A stretch of DNA of 63,834 nucleotides, the filler included, from Octopus bimaculoides (lineage: Eukaryota): NCBI RefSeq assembly GCF_001194135.2. It is 5 parts of 5 records of this genome, joined end to end, with 100 filler letters (N's around TTAATTAATTAA, not from the genome) between each part and the next. Parts side by side here need not be neighbours in the genome. Positions count along the whole stretch, not along the records: positions 62,680 to 63,834 come from NC_068993.1; 4 more parts are not named here. One strand, 5' to 3'. The notes under the pieces are model-generated. The model did not search any database and was not told the DNA's origin. It worked only from the letters and a program-made list of their open reading frames with translations. Positions 63,807 through 63,834 of the stretch are shown here, piece after piece (position 1 is the stretch's first letter; each line of letters starts with the position of its first letter). The translations under genes were made by a program, and so were the position numbers.

Positions 63807-63834
63807 TACATACATACATGTGTATATATATATA

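Overview
AT-rich animal genomic DNA, most likely an octopus or other cephalopod (inferred from the repeat families). It is a gapped draft assembly with many N runs and four artificial TTAATTAATTAA linkers. Two intron-containing genes face each other tail to tail: a 6-coding-exon metallophosphoesterase on + (MPPED1/2 family, about 285 aa, 17307-25106) and a 5-exon single-RRM, lysine-rich protein on - that resembles fungal Nop6 (about 253 aa, 40259-30527). Their bodies form a visibly CpG-poor block. The rest is transposon debris (tRNA-derived SINEs, RLE-type and RTE LINE fragments, a probable Penelope relic, Gypsy integrase, Tc1, mariner, TTAA- and TA-flanked MITEs) and microsatellites. The strongest unexpected signal is a type I hammerhead ribozyme motif with a complete catalytic core (38917-38989, - strand), in sense orientation inside intron 1 of the Nop6-like gene. 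Almost all ORFs in the supplied track are microsatellite or N-gap artefacts. No rRNA, genuine tRNA or CRISPR array was seen. Gene models were spliced and translated by hand, family calls rest on remembered motifs rather than searches, and repeat boundaries are approximate.
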